DNA of 63,632 bases, counting the filler, from Octopus bimaculoides (lineage: Eukaryota): the NCBI RefSeq assembly GCF_001194135.2. It is 5 parts of 5 records of this genome, joined end to end, with 100 filler letters (N's around TTAATTAATTAA, not from the genome) between each part and the next. Parts side by side here need not be neighbours in the genome. Positions count along the whole stretch, not along the records: positions 24,795 to 51,307 come from NC_068988.1; positions 51,408 to 60,390 come from NC_068987.1; positions 60,491 to 62,252 come from NC_068986.1; positions 62,353 to 63,632 come from NW_026394497.1; 1 more part is not named here. One strand, written 5' to 3'. The position numbers and the translations under genes were made by a program. Shown here in pieces: positions 49,866 through 63,154 of the stretch. The notes under the pieces were generated by a model that was given only the letters and a program-made list of their open reading frames with translations, did no database searches and had not been told where the DNA came from. Each line of letters opens with the position of its first letter. Within the stretch, counting starts at the first letter, position 1.

Positions 49866-50299
49866 GCCTACCGCCTAGAACGATGGCAGAAAAGATTTAT
49901 TGTGATATACATCTGGAAAATCCGAGAAGAATTTGTACAAAAATTTGGCATTGTCAGTTACTCAAGCAGCAGAACGGGGCAAAATTCCAACATTACCTCG
50001 AAAATACAGGACTATATACTGCAACAACTTGGGCTTCAAAGGTCCACAACTCTTCAATATCCTCCCACGAAGCCTGAGAGACTTATATGGGGTGGATGTA
50101 GGCCTCTTTAAAACAATAATATGCTTCTATCGAGAGTTCCGGATGAGCCTACTTCGTAGCAAGAAGCGCAAATGAGGGTAGCACCATCAACTCCTTCATT
50201 CACCTATTGTCACACATCAGAGGAGGTTTAATGAAAGTGTAGCAATGCAAACGGTGGTACCCCAGCATAGCTGCAGCTCTTGAGCTGAAACTAGAAGAG

Positions 50300-50300
<1 letters not shown>
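49866..50300 (+). mobile_element. CR1-like LINE 3' end
   Basis: LERWQKRFIVIYIWKI...FKGPQLFNILP.SLRDL..VDVGLFK...VPDEPTS...SNS, then a 3' UTR ending CCCCAGCATAGCTGCAGCTCTTGAGCTGAAACTAG. Confidence 0.8.
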
Positions 50301-50347
<47 letters not shown>

Positions 50348-51407
50348 TTTGAAAGTATGTTTATACTGATATTGGTAACATATACGAAACAAAAACTTTC
50401 CAGGAGACTTTTTGGTGTACAGTATTATAACGTAATTGAATATTCTATGGGAATAAGAAATACGATCATTAACTCACTTTCTACGTACGATGACTTATCT
50501 TATATCAAATTACTAAATAGAATGGAATGAAATGAATCACTGACAGATTATGTTACCGGAACGTGAGCAACGAAAAACATTATATCAGACTTTTGATATT
50601 TAGTCTCAATTTGAAAAATCAGAACGATATGTACCGAAGAAATGAGTGTGAGGTCAACTAATTGATGCTGGTACTTCACCACGGCAGCCTGCACTTTATC
50701 TTTGTAGGAACTACTACACTTTAGACAAGATTGAAGTTATGAATACTTTAAGACTCAATTATTGTTTCTATTAGACTGTATCGTCAAGTAGGGTTTTTCA
50801 AGTGGTTGGTGATAATGGTTCATTGAAGACACATTTTAAAGACAACATATGAGTTCAGTGTAAAGAAAGGGCAAATGTAATGGTAGAGAGATAGAAAGAG
50901 AGAGGTAGAGAGAGGGAGAGAGAGAGGGAGGGAGTTATAGAGAAGTGGGGGAGTGGAACAGGAAACATAGAACCGAATACAAATGATACACACACATATA
51001 CATACATGTGTATATGTATGAGCACATATATATATAATGTAAAATATGCGTGTATTTGTAAATATGTACATACCTACACATCCTGAGATCGAATTTAAAG
51101 TAATATGAATTCCAAGTGAACGGGAAATTGAAAAAAAGAGGAACAGAGGAAGTGATCACGAGTAACAAGAAAGTAATAGATTGATAAATGCAAATGGATG
51201 GAGAGAGAAAGAAGAGAGCTAAAACTAAGAGAGGGAGAGAGAAAGAGAGAGAGAGAGAGAGAAAGAGTGAGAGAGAGAGAGAGAGAGAAAGAGAAAGGAT
51301 GAAAGAGNNNNNNNNNNNNNNNNNNNNNNNNNNNNNNNNNNNNNNNNNNNNTTAATTAATTAANNNNNNNNNNNNNNNNNNNNNNNNNNNNNNNNNNNNN
51401 NNNNNNN

Positions 51408-51473
<66 letters not shown>

Positions 51474-51855
51474 CCTATATATGTATACACACACACATAT
51501 ATATGTATATATGTAATATATAATATAAATGCATACATATACACATTTGCAATTTACACGCCCAAATATATTTTATGAATTCTTGATGGGTGGTTTTTTA
51601 TAGAAGACTTATTTTGCATTATTTCTTATGTTTAATGGTTGAAGAGTTTTATGAATGTCATCATCCTTCTTTCAGTTTCTCACTCCCCCTTTCTCTGTCT
51701 CTCTCTCTTTGTCTCTGTTTCTCCCGTTCTCTGTGTGTCACTGTACATATGTACTTGTGTGTATGTATATACGTATGTATGTATGTTTGTATGCATGTAT
51801 GTATGTATGCATATATGTATATATGTATGTGATGTATGCGTATGTATGTATATGC

Positions 51856-51887
<32 letters not shown>

Positions 51888-51930
51888 TTTATGTATTTAT
51901 TTATTTATATATAATATAAATTATTATAAT

Positions 51931-51961
<31 letters not shown>

Positions 51962-51970
51962 AATTATTTG

Positions 51971-52021
<51 letters not shown>

Positions 52022-52971
52022 NNNNNNNNNNNNNNNNNNNNNNNNNNNNNNNNNNNNNNNNNNNNNNNNNNNNNNNNNNNNNNNNNNNNNNNNNNNNNNN
52101 NNNNNNNNNNNNNNNNNNNNNNNNNNNNNNNNNNNNNNNNNNNNNNNNNNNNNNNNNNNNNNNNNNNNNNNNNNNNNNNNNNNNNNNNNNNNNNNNNNNN
52201 NNNNNNNNNNNNNNNNNNNNNNNNNNNNNNNNNNNNNNNNNNNNNNNNNNNNNNNNNNNNNNNNNNNNNNNNNNNNNNNNNNNNNNNNNNNNNNNNNNNN
52301 NNNNNNNNNNNNNNNNNNNNNNNNNNNNNNNNNNNNNNNNNNNNNNNNNNNNNNNNNNNNNNNNNNNNNNNNNNNNNNNNNNNNNNNNNNNNNNNNNNNN
52401 NNNNNNNNNNNNNNNNNNNNNNNNNNNNNNNNNNNNNNNNNNNNNNNNNNNNNNNNNNNNNNNNNNNNNNNNNNNNNNNNNNNNNNNNNNNNNNNNNNNN
52501 NNNNNNNNNNNNNNNNNNNNNNNNNNNNNNNNNNNNNNNNNNNNNNNNNNNNNNNNNNNNNNNNNNNNNNNNNNNNNNNNNNNNNNNNNNNNNNNNNNNN
52601 NNNNNNNNNNNNNNNNNNNNNNNNNNNNNNNNNNNNNNNNNNNNNNNNNNNNNNNNNNNNNNNNNNNNNNNNNNNNNNNNNNNNNNNNNNNNNNNNNNNN
52701 NNNNNNNNNNNNNNNNNNNNNNNNNNNNNNNNNNNNNNNNNNNNNNNNNNNNNNNNNNNNNNNNNNNNNNNNNNNNNNNNNNNNNNNNNNNNNNNNNNNN
52801 NNNNNNNNNNNNNNNNNNNNNNNNNNNNNNNNNNNNNNNNNNNNNNNNNNNNNNNNNNNNNNNNNNNNNNNNNNNNNNNNNNNNNNNNNNNNNNNNNNNN
52901 NNNNNNNNNNNNNNNNNNNNNNNNNNNNNNNNNNNNNNNNNNNNNNNNNNNNNNNNNNNNNNNNNNNNNNN

Positions 52972-53135
52972 GATGTGTCAAATTCTCTTATACACCAGAT
53001 GTGCCATCAAAACTCTTGATTGGACCATGTCAGGTGGGGGAGAAGAGCCATGCAAGGAACGTGAAAATCACGGTGGTGCACCAGCATGACCACAGCCACC
53101 TGGCTGAAAGACATAAATAAATAAATAAATAAATA
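52972..53135 (+). mobile_element. CR1-like LINE 3' terminal fragment (different subfamily)
   Basis: Ends GGTGGTGCACCAGCATGACCACAGCCACCTGGCTGAAAGACA(TAAA)n, homologous to the tail at 50250-50295. Confidence 0.6.
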
Positions 53136-53225
53136 AATATATACATACATGCATACATACATACACACATACGTATATACGTTATTGTTGAAGCTACAGA
53201 AGCATGGCAAAAAATCACTACATCC

Positions 53226-53335
53226 GCTACTCAGAGTTTCACGTTCCCGTTCGTCGGACAATTGTGATTAAGAATCTAAATTAAAAATTCTTAATCACAA
53301 TTGTCCGAAGACGGGAACATGAAACTCTGAGTGGC
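53226..53335. repeat. Inverted repeat (about 50-bp arms, 11-bp spacer) whose arms are hammerhead-like
   Basis: 53226-53275 is reverse-complementary to 53287-53335; each arm reads CCGA(C/A)GA...GAAACTCTGAGT outward from the centre. Confidence 0.85.
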
Positions 53336-54068
53336 AGAATTTTTTTTTTAAAAATGTTGTTTTTGCAGCGTTAATAAAAAAATCACATTACTCTATCTCT
53401 AGCCTTCGAGTACTATTTTTTCCCACCTTGCTTCACATTTATGTGATTACTCTGATGCACATGCATACATACACCCACACAACCAACCACACACACACAC
53501 ACACACACTCACACACACACACTCACACACACATATATATATATGCATATACATATGTATAGTATAATATATTCATATTTGATATCAGTGTGGGTGCATA
53601 TGTTTTTGTGTTTTATCTGTGTGTTTGTATGTGTGCGTATGTGAGATTGTTTGTAAGTACTGTATAGTTATTTCGTTCTGAAAAAGCACGTGCAGCCTCA
53701 TAAAAAGGACTTACTTATTGTGTTATAAAACTTTATCGTCACACCTGTGTATATGTAAAATTATTTTTTTGAAGTAATGTTCAAATTTTATCTATTCGCC
53801 TGGGAATACAGGCACGTACATGTTGCATAAAAATGTGGAAGCGATATTTATTAAGTAGATCTTGTTTAGATAGCATTCTGGTGTTACTGATTACATTGTG
53901 CGTGAATCATTTTTAATTTTGTTGCTCTAAATGTATCCGATTATTTGATACGATTGCGTGTACTGAATACATCCTTTGTAATACATGTTTTAACAAGGCT
54001 AGCGTCATTGATGTTCTAATTAATTTCTGTTTGTACAAGGATGTTCCCTCAGTAACACGAAAAGCTTC

Positions 54069-54672
54069 CCACTGTGTGGCACCTTGGACAAGTGTCTTCT
54101 ACTATAACCTCGGGCCGACCAAAGCCTTGTGAGTGGGTTTGCTAGACAGAAACTGAAAGAAACCCGTAATATATATGTATATATATATATATATATATAT
54201 NNNNNNNNNNNNNNNNNNNNNNNNNNNNNNNNNNNNNNNNNNNNNNNNNNNNNNNNNNNNNNNNNNNNNNNNNNNNNNNNNNNNNNNNNNNNNNNNNNNN
54301 NNNNNNNNNNNNNNNNNNNNNNNNNNNNNNNNNNNNNNNNNNNNNNNNNNNNNNNNNNNNNNNNNNNNNNNNNNNNNNNNNNNNNNNNNNNNNNNNNNNN
54401 NNNNNNNNNNNNNNNNNNNNNNNNNNNNNNNNNNNNATATATATGTGTGTGTGTATATGTTTGTGTGTTTGTCCCCTCAACATCGGTTGACAACCGATGC
54501 TGGTGTGCTTACGTCCCCGTAACCTAGCGGTTCAGAAAAAAGACTGATAGAATACGTACTAGGCTTACAAAGAATAAGTCCCGGGGTCGATTTGCTCGAC
54601 TAAAGGCGGTGCTCCTGCATGGCCACATTCAAGTGACTGAAACAAGTAAAAGAGTAACAGAGTAAAGAGTAT
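54069..54672 (+). mobile_element. CORE-type SINE family C with an assembly gap in its internal (TA)n
   Basis: Both halves match family C. Confidence 0.85.
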
Positions 54673-54699
54673 AACTGTAGAATTTTGGAAGAAGTCTCT

Positions 54700-56150
54700 T
54701 CCATATAGATTTATCAAAATCTGTAAATATTTTGTCAAAGTTTGTTTAAAGTAAATCTGCCCTTGTTCTTTAACTTGTGAACATTCTAAAGACTTTAATT
54801 CCTCTGTGAAATGTTGGTCGTACGGACAGCCTTTTTGCTTCGTTAGAAGAATTTTTGGCCAACTTTCCATCCTAGAAACCTCAAGAAACAATATTTTTCA
54901 CGCCGAGAAGAAATCTGAACTGAAATCTCCTGGGAAAATCTTCAGGTTATTTCTGTGATAAGGTGATCAATAACATATTTTATGATGTGACAAGTTTCCT
55001 GTTCACCGGTCAATCTCGCATCAACTATATTTTCACTGTACATTCGTTTTCGGTGTAGTTCTTCTTTCATTGGTCAATCCTCATGTTTCTCATTGATTCG
55101 CAGTCGCTTTAAGTGCTTCTTGACAGAACTTTCCATATGATTCCATCAATTTATCTTTCAGACAATTAAGATCAATTGCTGCTTTTCTAAAATTCATATA
55201 CGGATACGGAAGTGTTTCTGCTTTCGATCGATATATGGTACGATATTTCTCCATAAATGCACAAGTGCGGAATGTAAAATACAAGCAGCGAATATTAAGA
55301 ACAACTACGTTTTCTCTCAGCCGTTGAGCCATTGTTATTTAATTGCTCCAGCAGTTCGAGGAATTTATCCTATTTTTCTTGTACAACTGGTTTCTGCTTT
55401 ACTTCTTGCACTCCAGTTATGTTTCTGATTCATACTTCACACAAACATTGTTGTAGCTATATTTTGTTCTACTGATATGCTGCAGGATCAATGGAAACCA
55501 ATAAATGGTTCCAGTTGTATCAAAAGGACATATTCTTCTCTGCTTTACAAAATAACGATACGTGTTATAGTTTATAAAAATTCTGCTTCAGATTTTTGTT
55601 GAGTATTCTTTCTTAAACACCTGACAGAGAATCTGTCATATCAGCAACGTTATCATAATATTGCTAACAACAATCACTGAAATACATTTCACCTACTTTG
55701 TCATGTGTGATTAATATTTTCTTAATATTGGCGCCGTCAGTTGTCTTTATCTTTCTTGTCAATAAATGGTTCTTTGACATTTTTTATCTTAAATTAGCAT
55801 CAAGAAACCGAGTTACTTGAATTAATTCTACTCCATACACTAGATGAGAATGTCAGAGAACTTGCGTCTAAGGATTGTTTACAATAATGTTGAACATACG
55901 AAGCTATTAGTTGATGTACGTTTTGAAGCAAGATTGGATATTAGTGTTTGCTTTTGTACATTTTCTGTATCGTAAATGATTAAAGGAACAGGTTTTGGTA
56001 ATAACTGCAGCTGGAACAGAATATTTTCAGATATTTCCTTGATGTCTATCTCTTCACTGGGACCAAAAGTCGCTAGATTCTCCGGAACAAAATGTCGTAT
56101 TCAATGCAAAGACCCACGCAGTGCACGCCACCGTTTATAAATATCTTGAC
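54700..56150 (-). mobile_element. Highly decayed hAT-like transposase remnant
   Basis: Minus-strand pieces TTDGANIKK, AAIDLNCLKDKL..FCQEALKA and RKRMYSENIVDARLTGEQE...YVIDHLITEIT*RF resemble the C-terminal half of hAT (ZMYM1/Tip100-like) transposases; many stops. Confidence 0.5.
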
Positions 56151-59100
56151 AAACTTACTTTTTCAGATTTTCATTAATGATAGTTTGAAGAAACACTTGG
56201 AGCTGAATTTCTTTCTAGACAGTAAATAACCTACGATGTTGTGGCTATTTTCATGGGAAATGAGTTTTCAATAATTCCACCTATGAAATGTATTATGTTT
56301 TGAAGACAGATTGACTATCGGATATTGTAAGTTAAATAAAAATAGAAAACTAGGTATTTTGCTTTTAGAAGACGGGAAGACGGGTACCAGTAATTTCTGA
56401 AGTCTCCTATACTCGCATAGATTTAATTAGAGAAAAAATGCAGTGATAGAATGCCAGGAATTGGCATCAAACAAATTTTCTTAATATTGAAATTGAAGCG
56501 TTCCAATTTAAACGATTTATATGTAATCTGTGTATGATGCGATTGACGAGAGGTTTTTTCTAAATCCTCAGGGACTTATTATAGATATGGGTTAAATGTA
56601 TTTCAGAGTCGCAACACTCTTTCGTGGATTGATTGCTGCCAATTTGGAATCGTGTAAATTATTACTGATGCTTTCAGGAGGACAGAAAACTGTGTGATAC
56701 CTATTTTCGTTTCCTTCACTTCTTTCATATCCCTTTCCCCATTTTCTTTATAAATTTACAACGAAAAATAATAAATGAATAAACACCTAAAACATTGGAT
56801 GCAGAGGACGTGAACTTAATACGGGGAAATTAATTGTATAAAACATGGTGAAAACAAGAAATACTGTTTATGTTTTATTTATTATAATGGCACATGATTA
56901 TCTGCATCTGAATATACATCAATTTGATTGTATGTGTGTGTATGTGCTTACGAGTGTATATTTGCGCAAAGACATACGCCCACGCACGCATTGTTATACA
57001 TTGTGTAGTAATTAGCTCTAATATATATACATGGTTGTAAGCATACACTCTCAAATTGTGCGAGTCCGTTTGCATATGCATGCTCGCCTTTACTGCTTTG
57101 CTGTGTTTATGTGTGTGTGTGTATGTTTCTTTCCTCTTGAGGTTTTCCTAAATATACATCAACCACACGCAGCCTANNNNNNNNNNGTAACAGATACAGT
57201 CCAACATCAAGAGCACAAGTACAATCTTTCCACTCTCTCTCGCATCTCGATCTCTACCACACTTCAGAGCTAGCTAGTTTTATATCTCCATCACTCGAAA
57301 GCACTCGGCTCACTCGTCTCTACATATATCGCCAACTTTACTACGTCAAACGTCACCTTCCCAGAATAAGCTACTGTACGCAATATCTCGTCACTGGTTA
57401 TCGGGTCTCTCAAATGCCCTCCATGTATATGTCTTTTATTCTGTTGCTGGCCAGAAGCACCAGGAACGTGACATTTGCGGCGATGATCCTTAGAGTATCG
57501 AAGGGGTTGCAAGTAGTAAGCTGCCTGCCTATGAGCCCAGACTCTATCCAGACCGAACAAATATTACGTAGCCGTACATATATATATACATATACATACA
57601 GGGAGAGAGAGAGATGCATACACACACACANNNNNNNNNNNNNNNNNNNNNNNNNNNNNNNNNNNNNNNNNNNNNNNNNNNNNNNNNNNNNNNNNNNNNN
57701 NNNNNNNNNNNNNNNNNNNNNNNNNNNNNNGTATGTATGTATATATTTATTTATCTATCTATCTATATTTGTATGTTTGTATAATGCCACGTATGTATGA
57801 ATGTATATCTTGAAGAGATAAACAAAACCGAATTTAAAATCCAGAATTCTAGTACTTGACATATCTAATCACTGAAACTGCAAAACTTCTCACGATGTAA
57901 TGTGTGGTATGGTCTGGACATATCACCCATTGCATGTGAAAATATACTGAAGTACCTGATTCATAAAAGAAATAAGGAAGAAGTTAAACACGACAAAGGA
58001 AAACAAACAGTGTAAGTAGTACACGAGAAGATTTGTTCGTAAAACTACAGCTGTACAACAGATTGTAACTGGCGTTCGTATTAACGGTGTCTATCGATAT
58101 ATGGGCGGGAGACTTATAGCTACAAAATAGTAATTGAACATGGGATATTTTCACAGTGAAACTATATTCCGCGAGGCCTAAATAATCTGGAATAAAATGT
58201 CGAATAAAATTATAAGTAGCAACAAATACGAGAGTATAGACACATCGCGAAGATGAAACATGGTAAAGTTCCTTCTAGAAATTCTAACACTTCATAACAG
58301 GATCCGAGGAAGGTAGACATGTTTCAATGTTTCCTATAGTTGTTGTTTTGTTCATATCCCTCGGCAGGTTTTAGGTAATAAAAACAGTTAGAACACGTGA
58401 TCTAGTTGTTATGTGAGCGGCGTATATCATTAGAATTCAGTCGAGGAATGATTGTCGAACAGTCAATGAATATGGATACCAGCGGTCTGTGTATCTCTCC
58501 TATTTCTAAACACGAATACTTACAAGTTTCTGAGAATTGACGAGTGTAGTGTATACATCATGATACATATCATACCTTACAACACTAGACTACGTAACAA
58601 TGGATGTTCGTAGAAAGGCTTAAAATTGATGCGTTTCTCCAAAACTGAACAAAGCAGATTCACATCAATTTAACAACACATTTCTATAAAAGCCTAGAAT
58701 TTTTTTGTGTTTTTTTTTCTTCTTTTTTTAACAAAACCTTAACCCCTATACAATGAAAATGTGTCAAACCTTTCAGGAATTTTCCATTCCAGTTCTCTGA
58801 GGAAAACATATGCACGCGAATTTACGGGCATATGGTTGCATATATTTACACACATATTAAAGGATAATAAAGGACACACGTTAACAAGCCATCAAAACGT
58901 GAGTAGAGGTTTATCCAAACATAATGTAATAGTAGTCTCTCGGGTTAGAGAAAGCCAGTTGGGCAATTTCTCACTAAACAACCTGCACAGATGATTTTTT
59001 TTGTAGTGATCAAACGTTCATGCTGTAGTTTAGCTAACTCTTCTCAATCAAATTACTTGTATAGGGGCACACTGTGCCATACTTACATTGTCGAAGCAAT

Positions 59101-60490
59101 CGCAAAGGAACAAGAGATGAAGTGTTTTGCCGCAAAACACAACCCACAACTCAATCTGAGAATCAAACCCACCATATTGCGATCATAAGTGCAACACGCT
59201 AACCACTCAGATATGCAACTTCGTTACGTATATACACACCTTGAAAGCTTTCCGTTTAAGGAAAATAGCCTTGCTACTTTTCTAGGAAGTGACTCAACCC
59301 CTGTGAAAGTCACCACATAAACCTCAAAGGCAAATTGCTCAATTAAATACGTATATGTCTATACACTTGTAAGATGCATAAAAGAATACATAAATACTAA
59401 CATACAAATATACTTTATTGCCATACATGATTTGTATCGAGTAACTATCGAGTATGACGGTTTTGCTAAAGTAGTTCACACTCCCCCAAACTAATATGTT
59501 AAGTCCAGAATTGCCAATCATACAATATAGAGCCCAGACTTTCATTGCATTTCAACCAAAACTGCAACCTCAACCTAAGTAAATAAATAATTGCCACATA
59601 TATGTTATAATACGTAGGTTTTAAAGATATCCTAGTCGTCATACCTTCTTACTTGAATGCTAAATGAGAGGTTGATTAGATTTTGAGTAACTCTTTAAAT
59701 TCATTAGATTTTTCCGAGTGATAGAGGAATAGAGGAGGCTTTACTGTCATATTACAAACGTCTTTTTCTCCCTGACTGTGCGTCAGATGTTTTTGGAACT
59801 TGTATTTTTATGCTGTACCGTTTATACTGCTTTTTATTCGTATCAAACTAACTTTTACAAGGGTGAAACGGCGTTTCATTAGTGTTCTCTTCCGTTTCTG
59901 CAAACCGTCATACAAATTTTAGGCTTATTTTTAAAATTACCATTGGGTTATATTACTTTGCTTTTGATGATCAATCCATACACTCAAAAACCGTACCATT
60001 TTAATCATCACATTATATCTACGAAGGAAAGAGGGTCCAAGTAGCTAAAATAGCAGATTCTAGAGCCCCTTAGTGTAGTCTTCTCTGTATTTTCAAGTAT
60101 TGTTTTCCTATAAACGGGGTAAGCTTTAATGTTTTAGCAATTGTAGCTGAATATGTTTTGTCCTGCATTAAGCCTTTTAAACGTATCAAGTTAAATATCG
60201 TATGTTATGCCTTTATGCAGTAACATGAGAAGTGCATAAGAGAGTGCAGGAAAGATATGAGTTGTGAGGGTAAAAAATAAAAGAATACCTGATTCGTATT
60301 GATGTGAGGATGTTGATCAGATTATGAATAGTGAGATGAGCGTGCGTACGGTATGATTCCAGTTAGTTGTTACCAGGTTCATAAGTACTTNNNNNNNNNN
60401 NNNNNNNNNNNNNNNNNNNNNNNNNNNNNNNNNNTTAATTAATTAANNNNNNNNNNNNNNNNNNNNNNNNNNNNNNNNNNNNNNNNNNNN

Positions 60491-60521
<31 letters not shown>

Positions 60522-60534
60522 ATGTGTGTGTGTT

Positions 60535-62110
60535 ATAATTCAGAACGAACAGCAAGTTGTCATTATAGTACTCAGAGTTTCGAATGTCGGAGCGAATAGC
60601 TACGATGCATTCTCGTCGACTATTACTGGCAATAGCGCTATGAAAAACCGTTGAATAAAAGGGAAGTTACCCTAATAGGTAGAAAAGAAAAAAAAAAGAA
60701 AATGTAAAAAATACACGCAATCATATTCTCACAATACACAGGTATAAACCTTCTGCGTTCATAACGTCTACATACGTACATACACAAACATGTATACGTA
60801 CATGCACATAAACACACAAACATATATGTGCATGTACGTACTCATACATACACACATGTGTTTGCATGCATACACATAACAAAATGCATATATATTTAGA
60901 CATTTATACATATAAATATACGTATATATATATACAAGCATACATTCACACTCCGGCATATATATGTACACACACACACACACACACATATATATATGCA
61001 CACACACACATACACACACACATCCTCCTATCATACACCTACACACGCACACACATATACATATGAAATATATACATATATATATATACGCGCACACGTA
61101 CACATTCACACAATTAAAAATGAAAAAAATATATATAAAAAATAAAAATTAAAAGAAGTTAAGATATATTTGAAGCTTGTGTAGGAACATAGTAAAAATG
61201 TGGATTCTAGCCGTGATCTTGGGGGCCCAAGACCGTAATAGATATTTTGTCACATGTGGACATGATCCAAAAAGTTCAGTTCTTGAATTTAGACATGTAG
61301 CGGGGTCCAAGGAACTTTTCCATGTGAGCCATCTTTCCATATTACAAAGGCCGCACTCGCCACTACCGTTGATGTAAGGTATACACTTGGTTAAGATCTT
61401 CCAGTAAATCCTATAGCTGACACCTTGTTCTTTTAAGAACCATATATGACTGGATAATTTGGTAGTTTTTCGCTTATTCCAGTGCTTGAAGCTTAAGGTG
61501 TGATTGTTGAACCTTGCTTTGAAATTTCCCTCCGCGAGACTCACATATCTCTTTGATGAAACTGTTATTAGCGTTCGTAGAATTTACGGTGGCTTCATAA
61601 ATAATGGCCTCCATCATACAGGCTCCATTTAGCGGACACAAGTCTTTATCCCTGCAGGAACAGCTGGCTTCATGTTGTTGTTTTGCATTGTGTGTAATTA
61701 TGTTTTTAAAATTTGGGGTTGAACTAAAACTAATTGTTAGGTTATGCCTATTAAAGAGTTTCCTGTATCTATGATGTATTGGAAAATATCTATCTATATA
61801 TGACAAGAAATATTTACCAATATATAATATCACTTCGAGGGAGTAAGGGGGTGTGAACTAGATAATTTTCGCGTGCCTATGTTTTCTTTTCTTTACTTCT
61901 GGCCAAATAGTGGGTGTGTAAGCTATTTCCTCTTTAAATCCACTAGCTTTAAGGGCATTGTTTTATAGTAGGGCAGCATTATTAAATATGTTTATACTGG
62001 AAGAGAGGCTAGAAATTCTCCTACTAATATTCTTAACTAAATTCTTAAACACTATGGTCGGTGGGGGCAGCAGGAATCTACATTAATATAACTAAGTCTA
62101 TCGTTGAGCT
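60535..62110 (-). mobile_element. Penelope-like element 3' portion: thumb, GIY-YIG endonuclease and pLTR
   Basis: NISRRISSLSS..NNALKASGF, FTPPYS, CSCRDKDLCPLNGAC, IIYEATV, RYVSLAEGNFKARFNNH..SF, LSSHIW.LK, CGLC, LNSRTEL..CPH. There are stops and a frameshift near 61560; it is 5'-truncated at (TTA)n. Confidence 0.92.
60565..60623 (-). ncRNA. Hammerhead-like motif with variant core in the PLE 3' region
   Basis: Reverse complement ATAG-TCGACGA-GAATG ca TCG t AGC tattc GCT c CGA CATTC-GAAA-CTC t GAG-TA-CTAT: stems I, II and III all pair; the core is UCGACGA instead of CUGANGA. Confidence 0.55.
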
Positions 62111-62125
62111 TTCTTTTGTTGTAAC

Positions 62126-62186
<61 letters not shown>

Positions 62187-62252
62187 GTTCAGTAGTTTTA
62201 TTTTTATAACGTGCTTTCACTTCACTACCGAGCGCAGCTCTGTGCGCCTTGG
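62126..62252 (-). mobile_element. R4/Dong-like LINE extreme 3' end with a long (AAT)n tail
   Basis: The 3' UTR is nearly identical to 24377-24435; (TTA)n at 62126-62186; cut by the scaffold spacer. Confidence 0.85.
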
Positions 62253-62730
62253 NNNNNNNNNNNNNNNNNNNNNNNNNNNNNNNNNNNNNNNNNNNNTTAA
62301 TTAATTAANNNNNNNNNNNNNNNNNNNNNNNNNNNNNNNNNNNNNNNNNNNNTTTTTTAAAAAACATTGAATGGCTATGATACATACATACACACATATA
62401 CATACACGCATACATACATACACACATACATATATACATACATACACACATACACGTACATACATACATGCATATACACACATATACATACACACATGCA
62501 TACATACACATCTACATACATACACACATACTTACACGCACACGCACTCACACATACATACATACATACATACATACATACATACATACATACATACATA
62601 CATACGTATATATACACACATACATATCTGTAAAACGATCCAGAAGTTTATCATTTAGATATATATATCTAGATATGCAACTATATGCATGAGAATACAT
62701 GCATAAAACATACAGATCTGCACATACATA

Positions 62731-62906
62731 GGCGCAGGAGTGGCTGTGTGGTAAGTAGCTTGCTTACCAACCACATGGTTCCGGGTTCAGTCCCACTGCG
62801 TGGCACCTCACTTTGGGCAAGTGTCTTCTACTATAGCCTCGGGCCGACCAAAGCCTTGTGAGTGGATTTGGTAGACGGAAACTGAAAGAAGCCCGTTGTA
62901 TATATG

Positions 62907-62937
<31 letters not shown>

Positions 62938-63154
62938 ATATGTTTGTGTATCTGTGTTTGTCTCCCAGTATTGCTTGACAACCGATGGTTGTGTGTTTAC
63001 GTCCCCGTAACATAGCGGTTCGGCAAAAGAGACCGATAGAATAAGTACTAGGCTTACAAAGAATAAGTCGATTTGCTCGACTAAAGGCGGTGCTCCAGCA
63101 TGGCCGCAGTCAAATGACTGAAACAAGTAAAAGAGTAAAAGAGAGTAAAGAGTA
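62731..63154 (+). mobile_element. CORE-type SINE family C, full length, inserted in (TACA)n
   Basis: Complete head, CORE, internal (TA)n, 3' hairpin CAGTCAAATGACTG and (AAAAGAGT)n tail. Confidence 0.92.
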
